A DNA stretch of 49,215 nt from an uncultured Anaerolineaceae bacterium (GCA_964482355.1 CAYZXF010000202.1:1-49215), one strand, 5' to 3'. Counted from the first letter of the stretch, positions 35,206 through 44,697 are shown. Numbers and translations: made by a program. The notes: generated by a model not told the origin, from the sequence alone.

Positions 35206-38200
35206 GAACGTTCCATACCGCCTGATACGACTTGTTTCTGCTGAATCAGCATCGGAATCGCGATCGTGAACTTGCTTCCCATCCCGAGCCGGCTTTCGAC
35301 GCTTACCCTCCCCTTGTGTTGTTCAACAATCGACTTGACAATTGCTAAACCAAGTCCAGAACCCTTCGTATCATCCTTCCCGAGTCTGAAGAATTTCTCG
35401 AATAACCGGGGTTGATCAGCGGGTGCGATACCAACCCCCGTGTCTTCCACTTGAATGATCTGTCGACCATCAACCTGCTCGGCCCGCAGGATCACTCGAC
35501 CGCCAGAATCGGTGTATTTAATGGCGTTGTCCACCAGGTTGGATACGGCTTGTCGCAGCAACATTGGATCTGCCTGCAATGGCTGCATTGAGTCATCGAG
35601 TTCAATCTCAAGCGACACGCGCTTGTTGAGCGCTTGCGGCCGGAAAGTATTGAGGATGTCTTGAGCCACAAGCGAGATTTCTACCGGTTCAGGCGAGAGG
35701 CCGATGCCGGTTTCGATCCGACCCAGGTCCAGCAAATCCTCGACCAACTTACTCATGCGATCGACGCTGGTTAGAATCTTGTCCAAAAATTCCTGCTGCT
35801 GCTCATTGACCGGTCCCACATTCGGCAGCATGGTGGTGTAGCCTCGCATCAGCGTAAGCGGCGCTCGCAGATCGTGACTGACGGTCGATACGAACTCTGA
35901 CTTGAGCGTATCGAGGATCTTGAACTGAGTGACATCCGACAAAACGCTGACCCTGCCGGTCTGCCCTCCGGGCACCTCGGAAGCCACCGCGTAGAGCACT
36001 CGGCCGCCCTCGGCCTTTATCTCAATCGCCTGCCCGCTCATTGTAGGTCGCGACAGTAGCTTTTTGAGCTCAGGCGGTCCGATCGCATCATCGATTGATT
36101 TTCCTACCATATCGGCCGACCGGCCGTTCAACACGACCTCGGCAGCCGGGTTGGCCAACGAGATTTTCCCTTCGGAATCGGTAACGATTACTGCATCCGG
36201 TGTCGACTCCAGAATCGTCATTAGCCTGCTTCGTTCCTGCTCCGCACGTTGGTACAGATCAACGTTGGCAAGAGAGATTCCCAGTTGACTCGCAAAAATG
36301 GTGAGTAGCTTCGTTTCCGACGCAGCGAAGGTCCGAGGACTCCGATAGCCAAGCCACAATGCACCGACAAATTCATCTTCGGCAGAGACTGGGATTGCAA
36401 TCAGAGATTCCAGGCGGTCGAGGACTCCGCTCGTATCAAGCACTGCCCCTGCTCTGGATGGGTTCTCCAGTGCAAATTTCCCACGCTCCCGCGAAAGCTC
36501 CATGATTCCTTTGTCAAGGCTGGCCCAACCTCGTCCAGCTTGCCCGGCTTGATAAGATCCAGATTCCAGCACCAGTCGAACGTTTTCAGCCCCGGTTAGA
36601 TCGCGTATTTTTCCTAGCACCGACGGCAAGGCTTGATCGAGATCAAAGCTCTCCGACATGCTCTGACTGGTCGACAGCAGCAAATTGAGCTCATCCAATC
36701 GGGCCTTCAAGCTGACCCGCATGCGCTCGAAGGATGTCGACAGTCGCCCGATCTCGTCATCGCCCTTGGCGGAAACATGGCGATCCAGATCTCCACGCGC
36801 GATCGACTCCGCGGTGGATGCCATTTGGCGCAGCGGGAGAGTCAGGCGCCGACTCATCAGATTTACGCCGACAATCAGAACCCCTCCAATCGTCACCAGA
36901 AGGATGAAAAGGTTGGCTGTTGTCGAAAAAGCCAGGGTGTCGAGCGTACGCTGCGGTGTCGAGACCAATATATTCCACGGGTAGCCTGCCACAGGGTGAG
37001 AATAAACCAGTGAGCGGGTGCCCTCCGAGCTGGTAGCCTCAAAGAAAACACCCTCGGGACCCGTCGCAAAATCCGCTTGCTTTAGCCATTGATCTGGATC
37101 GGAGTGCGAAATCACTCTTCCACGCTCGTCCACGATCAGCGCCTGGCCGTCTCGGTAGGCCGCCAACCTTGCCAGCACGGGTTGGAGCAACGGATTGCGC
37201 GCCAAATCTGCCCACCCGACAATCGTGGAATCTGTACCGGCCACCGGAGAGACGAAAATCAGCTGTACGCCCTCCCCCGCCCGATCCGGTGGCACGCTAA
37301 TTTCCTGAGGCACTCCAGTTTGAACGGCAGCCTGAAGCTCTACCGGGACAACCACGGATCCCTGCGGCCAATCGGCCAGCACGTTCCCCACGGAGTCGAG
37401 CACTGCGAGCCGAGTGAAAAATGTCAGAGATCGGTGAGCATCCGCTAGTAAGGTTGTCAGAAACTGATCGCTTGCTCCAATGCCTTCTGTGCTGGTCGCG
37501 AGATCCCGAATCTGGGTCCTGCCGGTGTGAATAAAGAACGGAATCCCTTCTCCGGCTTGATGTGCGGTCTGCTCCATCTGATCTGAGAGTATTTCCGTTG
37601 CCGAGGAACGTGCCAGCAGCCAATTGCCGGTTGTAAGGGCCAATCCACCGATGACCCCGAAGGTGATGATCACCGTGACCATTCGAGCAGACAATGAGCG
37701 ATTGTAGGGCCCGATTTCGGTGTGAGCTGGACGATGCCACGGCACCAAAGTTCGAATGCTCTCGGCAACCACACCGGCGATGGCCATTTCGAGCACACTG
37801 GCCAACATCGTGGGACCAAGAAGCGAAAGTGTGTAGTCCAGCGCGGTGAAGAAATCGCCGCTGCTGTACGCGAAGTTCTCAAGGGAATGTAGACCGCCGA
37901 ATAGTAAGCCGACAGCCAATGCGCTCGGCAAGGGGCGGGCGGCCAATCGTCCAGGCCAATCCGCATAGTTTCGCCGGATAAGCCAGGCAAAAACGGCTGC
38001 CTGCGCGGCAACGCTAAATGGCGTCAGCAGTCGCTGTGTTTCCCAACCTCCGCGCGCCAGGCCCCCAAAGAAAGCGACAATAATCGCAAAGGGCTCACCG
38101 AGCAATCCTGCCGCCAGTACCCACGGCACCGCGCCGAACAATGGGAATGAAGCGCCGACCGGTTCGATGGGCAGGCCAGGCGATGCGACCCCCACCCCAA

Positions 38201-38522
38201 CCGGAAACTGAACGCTCAGCAAAGCCGCAGCCAGCGGCGCGGAAATCAGCAAGCCTATGAATAGGTTTCGATCAGCTGTGGTCGAAAGGCTGAGTCGCTT
38301 ATGTCGCAGACCCAGAACGATCAGCAAACCATAGACCGCGATGAGGACGTACCCGACATCGCGGATGGGTAACGCTAAATAGAAGGATCCCCCAAATCCC
38401 CAACTCCCCACGTTCATGGGGCCTCCAAACTCAAGAGCGGCGCCGGGATTATACAGGCCGAGCAAAGATTCCGAAATTGTGCGCGTCAGCCGGGCAATGC
38501 TTCCTTGGAGCCGCAAAACCAC
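35202..38522 (-). CDS. Large multi-domain sensor histidine kinase (multi-TM N-terminal module, extracytoplasmic domain, HAMP, GAF, PAS, HisKA, HATPase_c)
   Basis: H-box VSHDLRAPLT, N-box LVDNAIKYT, G-boxes EDTGVGI and GSGLGLAIV, HAMP RGDLDRHV. There are about 7 TM helices before a ~250-aa loop and one more TM after it. The start is uncertain (GTG 38522 or ATG 38420). Confidence 0.85.
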   Translation of the reverse strand: MVLRLQGSIARLTRTISESLLGLYNPGAALEFGGPMNVGSWGFGGSFYLALPIRDVGYVLIAVYGLLIVLGLRHKRLSLSTTADRNLFIGLLISAPLAAALLSVQFPVGVGVASPGLPIEPVGASFPLFGAVPWVLAAGLLGEPFAIIVAFFGGLARGGWETQRLLTPFSVAAQAAVFAWLIRRNYADWPGRLAARPLPSALAVGLLFGGLHSLENFAYSSGDFFTALDYTLSLLGPTMLASVLEMAIAGVVAESIRTLVPWHRPAHTEIGPYNRSLSARMVTVIITFGVIGGLALTTGNWLLARSSATEILSDQMEQTAHQAGEGIPFFIHTGRTQIRDLATSTEGIGASDQFLTTLLADAHRSLTFFTRLAVLDSVGNVLADWPQGSVVVPVELQAAVQTGVPQEISVPPDRAGEGVQLIFVSPVAGTDSTIVGWADLARNPLLQPVLARLAAYRDGQALIVDERGRVISHSDPDQWLKQADFATGPEGVFFEATSSEGTRSLVYSHPVAGYPWNILVSTPQRTLDTLAFSTTANLFILLVTIGGVLIVGVNLMSRRLTLPLRQMASTAESIARGDLDRHVSAKGDDEIGRLSTSFERMRVSLKARLDELNLLLSTSQSMSESFDLDQALPSVLGKIRDLTGAENVRLVLESGSYQAGQAGRGWASLDKGIMELSRERGKFALENPSRAGAVLDTSGVLDRLESLIAIPVSAEDEFVGALWLGYRSPRTFAASETKLLTIFASQLGISLANVDLYQRAEQERSRLMTILESTPDAVIVTDSEGKISLANPAAEVVLNGRSADMVGKSIDDAIGPPELKKLLSRPTMSGQAIEIKAEGGRVLYAVASEVPGGQTGRVSVLSDVTQFKILDTLKSEFVSTVSHDLRAPLTLMRGYTTMLPNVGPVNEQQQEFLDKILTSVDRMSKLVEDLLDLGRIETGIGLSPEPVEISLVAQDILNTFRPQALNKRVSLEIELDDSMQPLQADPMLLRQAVSNLVDNAIKYTDSGGRVILRAEQVDGRQIIQVEDTGVGIAPADQPRLFEKFFRLGKDDTKGSGLGLAIVKSIVEQHKGRVSVESRLGMGSKFTIAIPMLIQQKQVVSGGMERS

Positions 38523-38551
38523 CTAACATAAGGTGTAGGAACGGCGAATCC

Positions 38552-38580
38552 TTGCTCCGGTTTGCCCTTTATGCTAGACT
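38552..38580 (+). promoter_or_regulatory. Candidate promoter TTGCTC-17-TAGACT with a TGC extended -10
   Basis: Contains the same 11-mer TATGCTAGACT seen at 12292-12302. If it is used, the downstream CDS starts at GTG 38607. Confidence 0.4.
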
Positions 38581-38606
38581 GCCTTAGCTCTCTTTTCTGG
38601 AAAAAT

Positions 38607-39761
38607 GTGACCGAAAAAATCCTCATCATCGATGACGACATCGACACTCTGAAGCTTGTCGGGCTGATGCTAGAACGGCAGGGATATCAGATTGCTGTCG
38701 CGAGCAACGGCACCATCGGGCTCTCCAAGGCTGCCTCAGAGCAGCCTGATTTAATTCTGCTGGACGTCATGATGCCCGATATGGATGGATATCAGGTGAC
38801 CGAGCGACTTCGATCCGACCCCTCGCTCTCGCACATCCCAATCGTGATGTTCACTGCAAAGACGATGGTAGATGACAAGGTCAAAGGCTTCGAATCTGGA
38901 GTCGATGATTACCTGACGAAACCCACCCACCCCGCGGAGTTGACGGCGCACGTTAAGGCAGTGCTTTCCAGGTCAGTAGCAACCCCGGCTGCCAAAGCGC
39001 CCGAGCAAGCGCAGATCATCAGCTTCTTCGGTACGCGGGCCGGACTAGGGACGTCGACCCTCGCACTGAACGTTGGGGTCGCGATGCAGCAAAGCGGGAT
39101 AAACGTTATCGTTGCAGAAATCAATCCGGGCCGGGGCTCGATGGCCTTGAATTTGGGGATTACCACTCCCACTGGTCTGAGCGCCCTGCTCTCTCGGTCT
39201 CTGAAAGATATTCATCTCAGATCGGTCGAGTCAGAACTGGTTACCCATAACAGCGGCGTTCGCTTTCTTCTTTCGTCCTATCAGCCGCAAGAGGCCGAGC
39301 TGGATGATGCGGTATCTCAAATGGAGACGGTGATCAACAGCCTGACCACCATGAGCGATGTCCTTATTCTGGATATCGGCTCTGGGATACGCCCCTATAC
39401 CAGGCCATTACTAGGCATGAGCACGCGGGTAATCGTGGTTGTTGAACCGGTTTATCCTTCCAATGTGATTGCCCGGGCGGTGCTCGAGGAAATTTTCTCG
39501 GGCGGATTAGAGCGAATCAAGACCAGTCTGGCCTTGATTACCCGCGAACGAACCAGCCTCAACATCCCATGGAAACAGGTGGAGGCCGATCTCGGAATCG
39601 AACTGGCGGGCATCGTTTCTCCGGCCCCAGAACTCGCACAGCAGGCAGCCCAGAACGGCAAGCCGCTGGTGATCTTGCACCGCGACACACTGACAGGCGA
39701 TCAGATCCGCAAGATGACTGAGACAATCAGTTCCCAACTGACCGTCGCAAATCCCCTTTGA
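38607..39761 (+). CDS. Response regulator: canonical receiver fused to a ParA/MinD/CpaE-like domain with a degenerate Walker A
   Basis: The receiver has IIDDD, LILLDVMMPDMDG, MFTAK and YLTKP. The second domain has a ParA-like fold pattern, but its P-loop reads GTRAGLGTST with no Lys. GTG 38607 gives (M)TEKILIIDDD. The ORF-track start at TTG 38562 is an alternative. Confidence 0.8.
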   Translation: MTEKILIIDDDIDTLKLVGLMLERQGYQIAVASNGTIGLSKAASEQPDLILLDVMMPDMDGYQVTERLRSDPSLSHIPIVMFTAKTMVDDKVKGFESGVDDYLTKPTHPAELTAHVKAVLSRSVATPAAKAPEQAQIISFFGTRAGLGTSTLALNVGVAMQQSGINVIVAEINPGRGSMALNLGITTPTGLSALLSRSLKDIHLRSVESELVTHNSGVRFLLSSYQPQEAELDDAVSQMETVINSLTTMSDVLILDIGSGIRPYTRPLLGMSTRVIVVVEPVYPSNVIARAVLEEIFSGGLERIKTSLALITRERTSLNIPWKQVEADLGIELAGIVSPAPELAQQAAQNGKPLVILHRDTLTGDQIRKMTETISSQLTVANPL

Positions 39762-40531
39762 CCGAAACCAATATTCAGCAGCAAACCCGTCAAGCAGCGG
39801 ACCTGCTGCTGAACTCAAAGCATGCAGTTGCGCTAACCGGCGCCGGTATGTCGACTCCATCCGGAATACCCGATTTCCGGTCGACACGTTCTGGCATCTG
39901 GAGCGAGGTCGATCCGATGGAGAGGGCCTCCCTTTCCAGCTTTCGCTATGACCCCGATAAATTTTACGGTTGGTTCCATTCGCTAGCACAATTGATTTGG
40001 ACTGCAGAACCGAATGACGCTCACGCCGCGCTGGCATCGATGGAGCAAGCCGGTCCGCTTGAGGGGATCGTGACGCAGAATGTGGATGGCCTGCATCAGC
40101 GGGCCGGCTCAATTCAAGTGAACGAAATCCATGGGCATTTACGCGCTGCAGTTTGTGTCGACTGTCTCCAACGTCACGACTCGGAGTCACTTTTTGAAAT
40201 CTTTGTGGCTACGGGCATCGCCCCAAGCTGCGACTCATGCAGCGGCAATCTGAAGCCGGAGGTGGTTCTCTTCGGCGAACAGCTGCCTCATGAAGCGATT
40301 GCTGCAGCAAATGCGCTGTTCGATTCGACGGATATGGTCATCATCGGTGGCTCGTCGCTCGAAGTCGCACCTGCTTCGGGGCTCCCTTTACGTGCGCTCG
40401 AGCGCTCGGCCAGTTTGGTGATCATCAATCAAGCACCGACCTACCTTGACTCGCGGGCCGATGTGGTCTTGACAGGAGACGTAGCCGAACTGCTTCCTAT
40501 GATCGTTAATGAGGTGCATCTTGAGCAGTAG
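39758..40531 (+). CDS. cobB: NAD-dependent protein deacylase (Sir2/CobB family)
   Basis: GAGMSTPSGIPDFRS, QNVDGLHQRAG, catalytic EIHGH, Zn ribbon CVDC...CDSC, GSSLEV. TTG 39758 overlaps the upstream TGA (TTGA). Confidence 0.85.
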   Translation: MTETNIQQQTRQAADLLLNSKHAVALTGAGMSTPSGIPDFRSTRSGIWSEVDPMERASLSSFRYDPDKFYGWFHSLAQLIWTAEPNDAHAALASMEQAGPLEGIVTQNVDGLHQRAGSIQVNEIHGHLRAAVCVDCLQRHDSESLFEIFVATGIAPSCDSCSGNLKPEVVLFGEQLPHEAIAAANALFDSTDMVIIGGSSLEVAPASGLPLRALERSASLVIINQAPTYLDSRADVVLTGDVAELLPMIVNEVHLEQ

Positions 40532-41771
40532 CAAACCTCCCGGTCCAGATACGGCCATTCGGAACTATCCAAAACTGCTGAACCGCTACGAGCGCCTACT
40601 GGAGCTGACTTCGGATTTGGCCGCCACATTCGACCTGGATACTTTGCTTCAGAGGATCGTGGTAGCGGCTCGAGAGCTAACTGACAGCGAAGCCTCATCA
40701 CTCCTGCTCTATGAAAAACAGACCCATTCGCTCTACTTCGAAGCGGCCACGGGCGGGCTTGTGAGCGGCGTCGGGCAGCGGGCGATTCCGGCCGACAACA
40801 GCATCGCAGGCTGGGTATTCACTCATGGAGAAGCGATCGTCTCCCAGGATGTGATTAACGATCCACGTTTCTACCGAGAGTTGGATGCGCTGACACAATT
40901 TGAAACTCAGAGCATCCTTGGGGTTCCGCTGCGCACGAAGGATAAGGTTCTGGGAGTCATCGAATCGGTCAATAAGGTGGATGGAATCTTCACCGACGAA
41001 GACGTACAAATCCTGCAAACCCTGGCAGCGCAGGCCGCCATCGCTATCGAGAACAGCCAACTCTTCATGCAAAGCGATCTCATCGCGGAGATCGTACATG
41101 AACTGCGAACTCCGCTAGCTGCGCTAACCGCGGCTTCCCATCTGATGCAACGGCCAGAACTCCCAGATGATCAACGCACCAAGCTGGGTAAAACGATCCT
41201 GAATGAGGTTCAGCGCCTCAACGACCTCACCACCGATTTCCTGGAACTGTCACGGTTGGAATCCGGACGCGTGCACTTCAAGCGTGAGCCGGTTCATCTG
41301 GGCGGGCTTGTTCAGGAATCTTTGGAATTGGTCCGCGCCCAGGCAGAATCCAGAGAGATCGGGCTAGAAACTGAAATTGATGATTCGTTGGTGCCGGTGC
41401 ACGGTGACCGAAAAATTCTCAAGCAACTCGTGTTGAATCTCCTGACGAATGCGATCAAATACAGCAATCCGGGGGATGTTGTGACGGTGACCCTGCAATC
41501 AGCAGGGGATGAAGTGAAGCTTGAATTTCGTGACACGGGGCGAGGAATCTCGTCCGAAGATCAGGAGCGATTGTTTCAGCGCTTCTACCGTGCCGGGGAT
41601 GCCGAAGACAATATTCAGGGGACCGGTTTGGGCCTCGTCATCGCCAAACGGATTGCGGAGAGCCATGAAGGCTCGATAACGGTCGAGAGCACCCTCGGGA
41701 AGGGCTCTACTTTTACCGTAACACTCCCAGTTGAGACGTCAACAAAGATAGCCACCCGGCCGCGTAGCTAG
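40509..41771 (+). CDS. Cytoplasmic GAF-domain sensor histidine kinase
   Basis: GAF (SLLLY...SIAGWVF...ILGVPL), H-box VHELRTPLAAL, N-box LLTNAIKYS, G-boxes RDTGRGI and GTGLGLVIAKRI. No TM segment. It overlaps the sirtuin 3' end by 23 nt. Confidence 0.85.
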   Translation: MRCILSSSKPPGPDTAIRNYPKLLNRYERLLELTSDLAATFDLDTLLQRIVVAARELTDSEASSLLLYEKQTHSLYFEAATGGLVSGVGQRAIPADNSIAGWVFTHGEAIVSQDVINDPRFYRELDALTQFETQSILGVPLRTKDKVLGVIESVNKVDGIFTDEDVQILQTLAAQAAIAIENSQLFMQSDLIAEIVHELRTPLAALTAASHLMQRPELPDDQRTKLGKTILNEVQRLNDLTTDFLELSRLESGRVHFKREPVHLGGLVQESLELVRAQAESREIGLETEIDDSLVPVHGDRKILKQLVLNLLTNAIKYSNPGDVVTVTLQSAGDEVKLEFRDTGRGISSEDQERLFQRFYRAGDAEDNIQGTGLGLVIAKRIAESHEGSITVESTLGKGSTFTVTLPVETSTKIATRPRS

Positions 41772-41831
41772 CCTTTCCCTTTACTGATTTCGATTCCTGG
41801 GGAGACATAGCGGACTCCGTTTGGCTTGCTT

Positions 41832-41854
41832 GCAACCTTTGGTTGCCGGCAACC
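41832..41854. terminator. Overlapping palindromes between the convergent kinase and mutL genes
   Basis: GCAACC-ttt-GGTTGC and the 14-nt perfect palindrome GGTTGCCGGCAACC, which abuts the mutL stop. No clear U-tract. Confidence 0.3.
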
Positions 41855-43540
41855 CTACCCTCTTCGCCCGAACTGCCGCTCCAGAGCTGCCACCGAAAGG
41901 TGGACCATCGTGGGACGTCCATGCGGACAGGTTCGAGGCGAAGCGCTTTGTTCAAGGTCCAAGATTAGCTGCCTCTGTTCCTCCAATGACAGAACCTGTC
42001 CTGCTTTGATGGCGGCCCGTTTGCAAATTCGTGCAGCCAACCGCGCTTCCTTCACTGCCGCAAGCGGGGTTTCATCTTCTTCAAAATCTTCGACCACCAC
42101 CCTCAGTGCCCGCTCAGGTGACAAGTTCGATACTGAGGCCGGTAAGGCTCTGACTCGAAAAGCGTGTGCCCCGAACGGTTCGATCGAGAATCCCAACGAC
42201 TCGAGCACCTTCAGATTGCTCTCTACCACTTCGGCCTCGGCCTGCGTGAGCTCTACGGTCTCTGCCTCGAGCAGCCCTTGAGATTCCGGAAGCTCGGCCT
42301 CGACCTGTGCCATGAGCTTGTCAAAAAGTACCCGCTCATGTGCTGCATGCTGGTCAATGAGATAAACACCGTCCGGACCTTCTGCAACCAGATAGGTAGC
42401 GCCAACCTGACCAACCGACCGCAAGATTGGGACGGTCATCGTTTTTTGGGCAGGAGCCTCGATGCTCCGTTCCACGGGCTCCGGACTACCGATGGTCTGT
42501 GGGGACCGTTCACCCGACCAAATTGAGTCCATCGGCATCGGTTGAACGGGTGCTTGCCCGAGCAGAGTTGCGCGAACAGCCCGCTGTACGATTGAAAAGA
42601 CCAGCGCCGGATCTTCAAAGCGGATTTCTGATTTCGCAGGATGAACGTTGACATCGACCACTTCAGGCGGTGCTTCAACAAATATCAGGGCTATCGGGAA
42701 ACGTCCGACCATCAGAAACGTATGATATGCCTGCGTGACCGCCGATCCCAGGCTTACGTCTTGAATCCACCGCCCGTTGACGATCAAAGTAATCTCGCGT
42801 CGGTTGGAGCGACTAATAAACGGCGCTCCTGCAAAACCTGAGACATTGATCCCTTCGCTGGATGCTTTGGCGACAGGGATCATTTGCTGAGCGATATCCA
42901 GGCCATAGATCTCCGCCAATACCTCCAATGAGTCTCCATTCCCTGTAGTTTGGAGCTTGGTCCGACCCTCGCTAACCAATTCGAAGCTGCGGTCGGGATA
43001 TGCCATGGCATAGCGGGTCACGAGCCGAGAAATCCAATTCCGTTCGGTGGTATCCGTCTTTAAGAACCGTCGCCTGGCTGGCACGTTGAAAAATAGATCC
43101 TTCACTTGAACGACTGTGCCCTCAGGAATCCCAACCTTTTCCGCATCTCCGAGCAAACCTCCATTAACGGACAAACGTGTGCCTAATTCTTCTCCTTCGG
43201 CGCGCGTGGACAACATCATTCGCGAGACCGCGCCAATGGAAGCCAGCGCCTCCCCGCGAAAGCCAAGAGTGCTGATTGATTGCAAGTCGGCGAGCGTTTC
43301 CACCTTTGAGGTCGAATAACGCTTGACCGCTAGCTCGACCTGCGACTGAGGAATTCCAGAGCCATTGTCGGCAACTTCGATCAGGGATTTTCCGCCATCT
43401 TTGATCTGTACCTGCAGCCTGGTTGCACCAGCATCTAGCGAGTTTTCGATCAACTCCTTTACGATCGATGAAGGGCGTTCGACGACTTCGCCGGCCGCGA
43501 TGGCAGACGAAACTTCGTCGGATAGGGCGTGAATTGGCAT
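41855..43540 (-). CDS. mutL: DNA mismatch repair endonuclease MutL
   Basis: IAAGEVVERPSSIVKELIENSLDAG, GFRGEAL, and the C-terminal endonuclease motif DQHAAHERVLFD. ATG 43540 is preferred over TTG 43546. Confidence 0.9.
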   Translation of the reverse strand: MPIHALSDEVSSAIAAGEVVERPSSIVKELIENSLDAGATRLQVQIKDGGKSLIEVADNGSGIPQSQVELAVKRYSTSKVETLADLQSISTLGFRGEALASIGAVSRMMLSTRAEGEELGTRLSVNGGLLGDAEKVGIPEGTVVQVKDLFFNVPARRRFLKTDTTERNWISRLVTRYAMAYPDRSFELVSEGRTKLQTTGNGDSLEVLAEIYGLDIAQQMIPVAKASSEGINVSGFAGAPFISRSNRREITLIVNGRWIQDVSLGSAVTQAYHTFLMVGRFPIALIFVEAPPEVVDVNVHPAKSEIRFEDPALVFSIVQRAVRATLLGQAPVQPMPMDSIWSGERSPQTIGSPEPVERSIEAPAQKTMTVPILRSVGQVGATYLVAEGPDGVYLIDQHAAHERVLFDKLMAQVEAELPESQGLLEAETVELTQAEAEVVESNLKVLESLGFSIEPFGAHAFRVRALPASVSNLSPERALRVVVEDFEEDETPLAAVKEARLAARICKRAAIKAGQVLSLEEQRQLILDLEQSASPRTCPHGRPTMVHLSVAALERQFGRRG

Positions 43541-43564
43541 GGCCAATGATTATAAAGCTGCCGG

Positions 43565-43593
43565 TTGACCCGCATCCCCCGACTGCATATACT
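43565..43593 (+). promoter_or_regulatory. Near-consensus sigma70-type promoter
   Basis: TTGACC-17 nt-TATACT. The -10 ends 12 nt upstream of ATG 43606. Confidence 0.6.
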
Positions 43594-43605
43594 CGACAAG
43601 TCGCT

Positions 43606-43851
43606 ATGGAATCCGGACCTCAGTTCAGTCCCGCGGTTGTCATCTGTTTGGTAGTGGCGATCGTTATTGCAGTAAATGGAGTATTGGTGTTGGCAGTACG
43701 GCGCGGGGGCAGTGAGGTCGAGATGCTGAGGCGAGCGGCCAAGGCCGCGCGCAATCCATGGGGTAGTCAAGAGAAAGAAATGAGCGAATTACGCGAAAGA
43801 GTAGCGCAGTTAGAGTCTGAGAGCACAAGTAGTTCTGGCCCCGAGGAATAG
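43606..43851 (+). CDS. Small (81 aa) single-pass membrane protein with a charged, coiled-coil-like tail (hypothetical)
   Basis: TM helix AVVICLVVAIVIAVNGVLVLAV followed by EMSELRERVAQLESE. Sits behind a strong promoter-like motif. Confidence 0.5.
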   Translation: MESGPQFSPAVVICLVVAIVIAVNGVLVLAVRRGGSEVEMLRRAAKAARNPWGSQEKEMSELRERVAQLESESTSSSGPEE

Positions 43852-43911
43852 ATGAGCAAATGGAGTGAAATGATCGCGTAGTCCGGACCGGGTGCGGCAG
43901 CGCAGGATACG

Positions 43912-44697
43912 ATGAATAAGATAATGAGTCTGCAAGAAAGCGTGGGATTGCTTCCTGAGAACGGCGGCGTGTTGGGCCTGGGTGGAGTGACGAATTATCG
44001 GCGCCCGATGGCATTCGCTCTGGCCATGCTCGCCAACCCCCCTTCCCAACCCGTGACGCTGCTCACTTTTACCGCTGGTTTGGAAAGCGACCTGCTGGTG
44101 GGAGCGGGTCTCGTAGCCAAGGTCAGAACCTGTTACTTTGGCCTCGAGGCGTTTGGGCTGGCTCCAAATTTCACGCAGGCCTCGGATCTCGAAATCATCG
44201 AGGAGAGCGAAGCCAGCCTGGCGCTCGGACTGCGGGCAACACTCGGCAAGGTCGGATTCATGCCCTCCCTGGCTTGGCAAGGCACAGACTTAATGAAGCT
44301 GCGCCCGGATGTGAAGGAAATAAGTGACCCATACACTGGCGAAGTACTCACCGCCTTCCCTGCCGTTCATTGCGATCTGGCCGTAATCCATGCGCTGCGA
44401 GCAGATCCTATGGGAAACGCTCAGCTCGGACAAAATATAGGTGTGGATCGAGAATTGGCCTACGCAACCGAGAAAGTGCTCGTAACCGCAGAAGAGATTG
44501 TCCCAAGGCTCGATCGGGCAGATGTTGATGGATCGGTAGTTACCGCCGTCGCCGAAGCGCCAAAAGGCGCCTGGCCAACATCATGTTATCCAAATTACCC
44601 TTTGGACGGGCAAGAATTCTTAAATTATGTGGAGTTGGCCGGGACTGAGGGCTACGATGCGCTTATACAATCCTGGACTTCTCGCCACCTCCAGTAG
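43912..44697 (+). CDS. CoA-transferase family I, subunit A-like (GctA/AtoD-like)
   Basis: N-terminus MSLQESVGLLPENGGVLGLGGVTNYRRP resembles glutaconate/3-oxoacid CoA-transferase A subunits. Confidence 0.65.
   Translation: MNKIMSLQESVGLLPENGGVLGLGGVTNYRRPMAFALAMLANPPSQPVTLLTFTAGLESDLLVGAGLVAKVRTCYFGLEAFGLAPNFTQASDLEIIEESEASLALGLRATLGKVGFMPSLAWQGTDLMKLRPDVKEISDPYTGEVLTAFPAVHCDLAVIHALRADPMGNAQLGQNIGVDRELAYATEKVLVTAEEIVPRLDRADVDGSVVTAVAEAPKGAWPTSCYPNYPLDGQEFLNYVELAGTEGYDALIQSWTSRHLQ

Noticed and set aside
39507-40190. 227-aa minus-strand ORF across the regulator/sirtuin junction
   Set aside because: It is antisense to two genes with strong motif support. Its product is Arg/Ser-rich with no recognisable domain.
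39758-40531. The Sir2 gene as an anti-phage NADase effector (Thoeris ThsA, DSR, SIR2-HerA or SPARSA type)
   Set aside because: The protein is a short canonical sirtuin with an intact Zn ribbon and the catalytic His. It has no SLOG, TIR, HerA, pAgo or large sensor partner, and its neighbours are two-component signalling genes.
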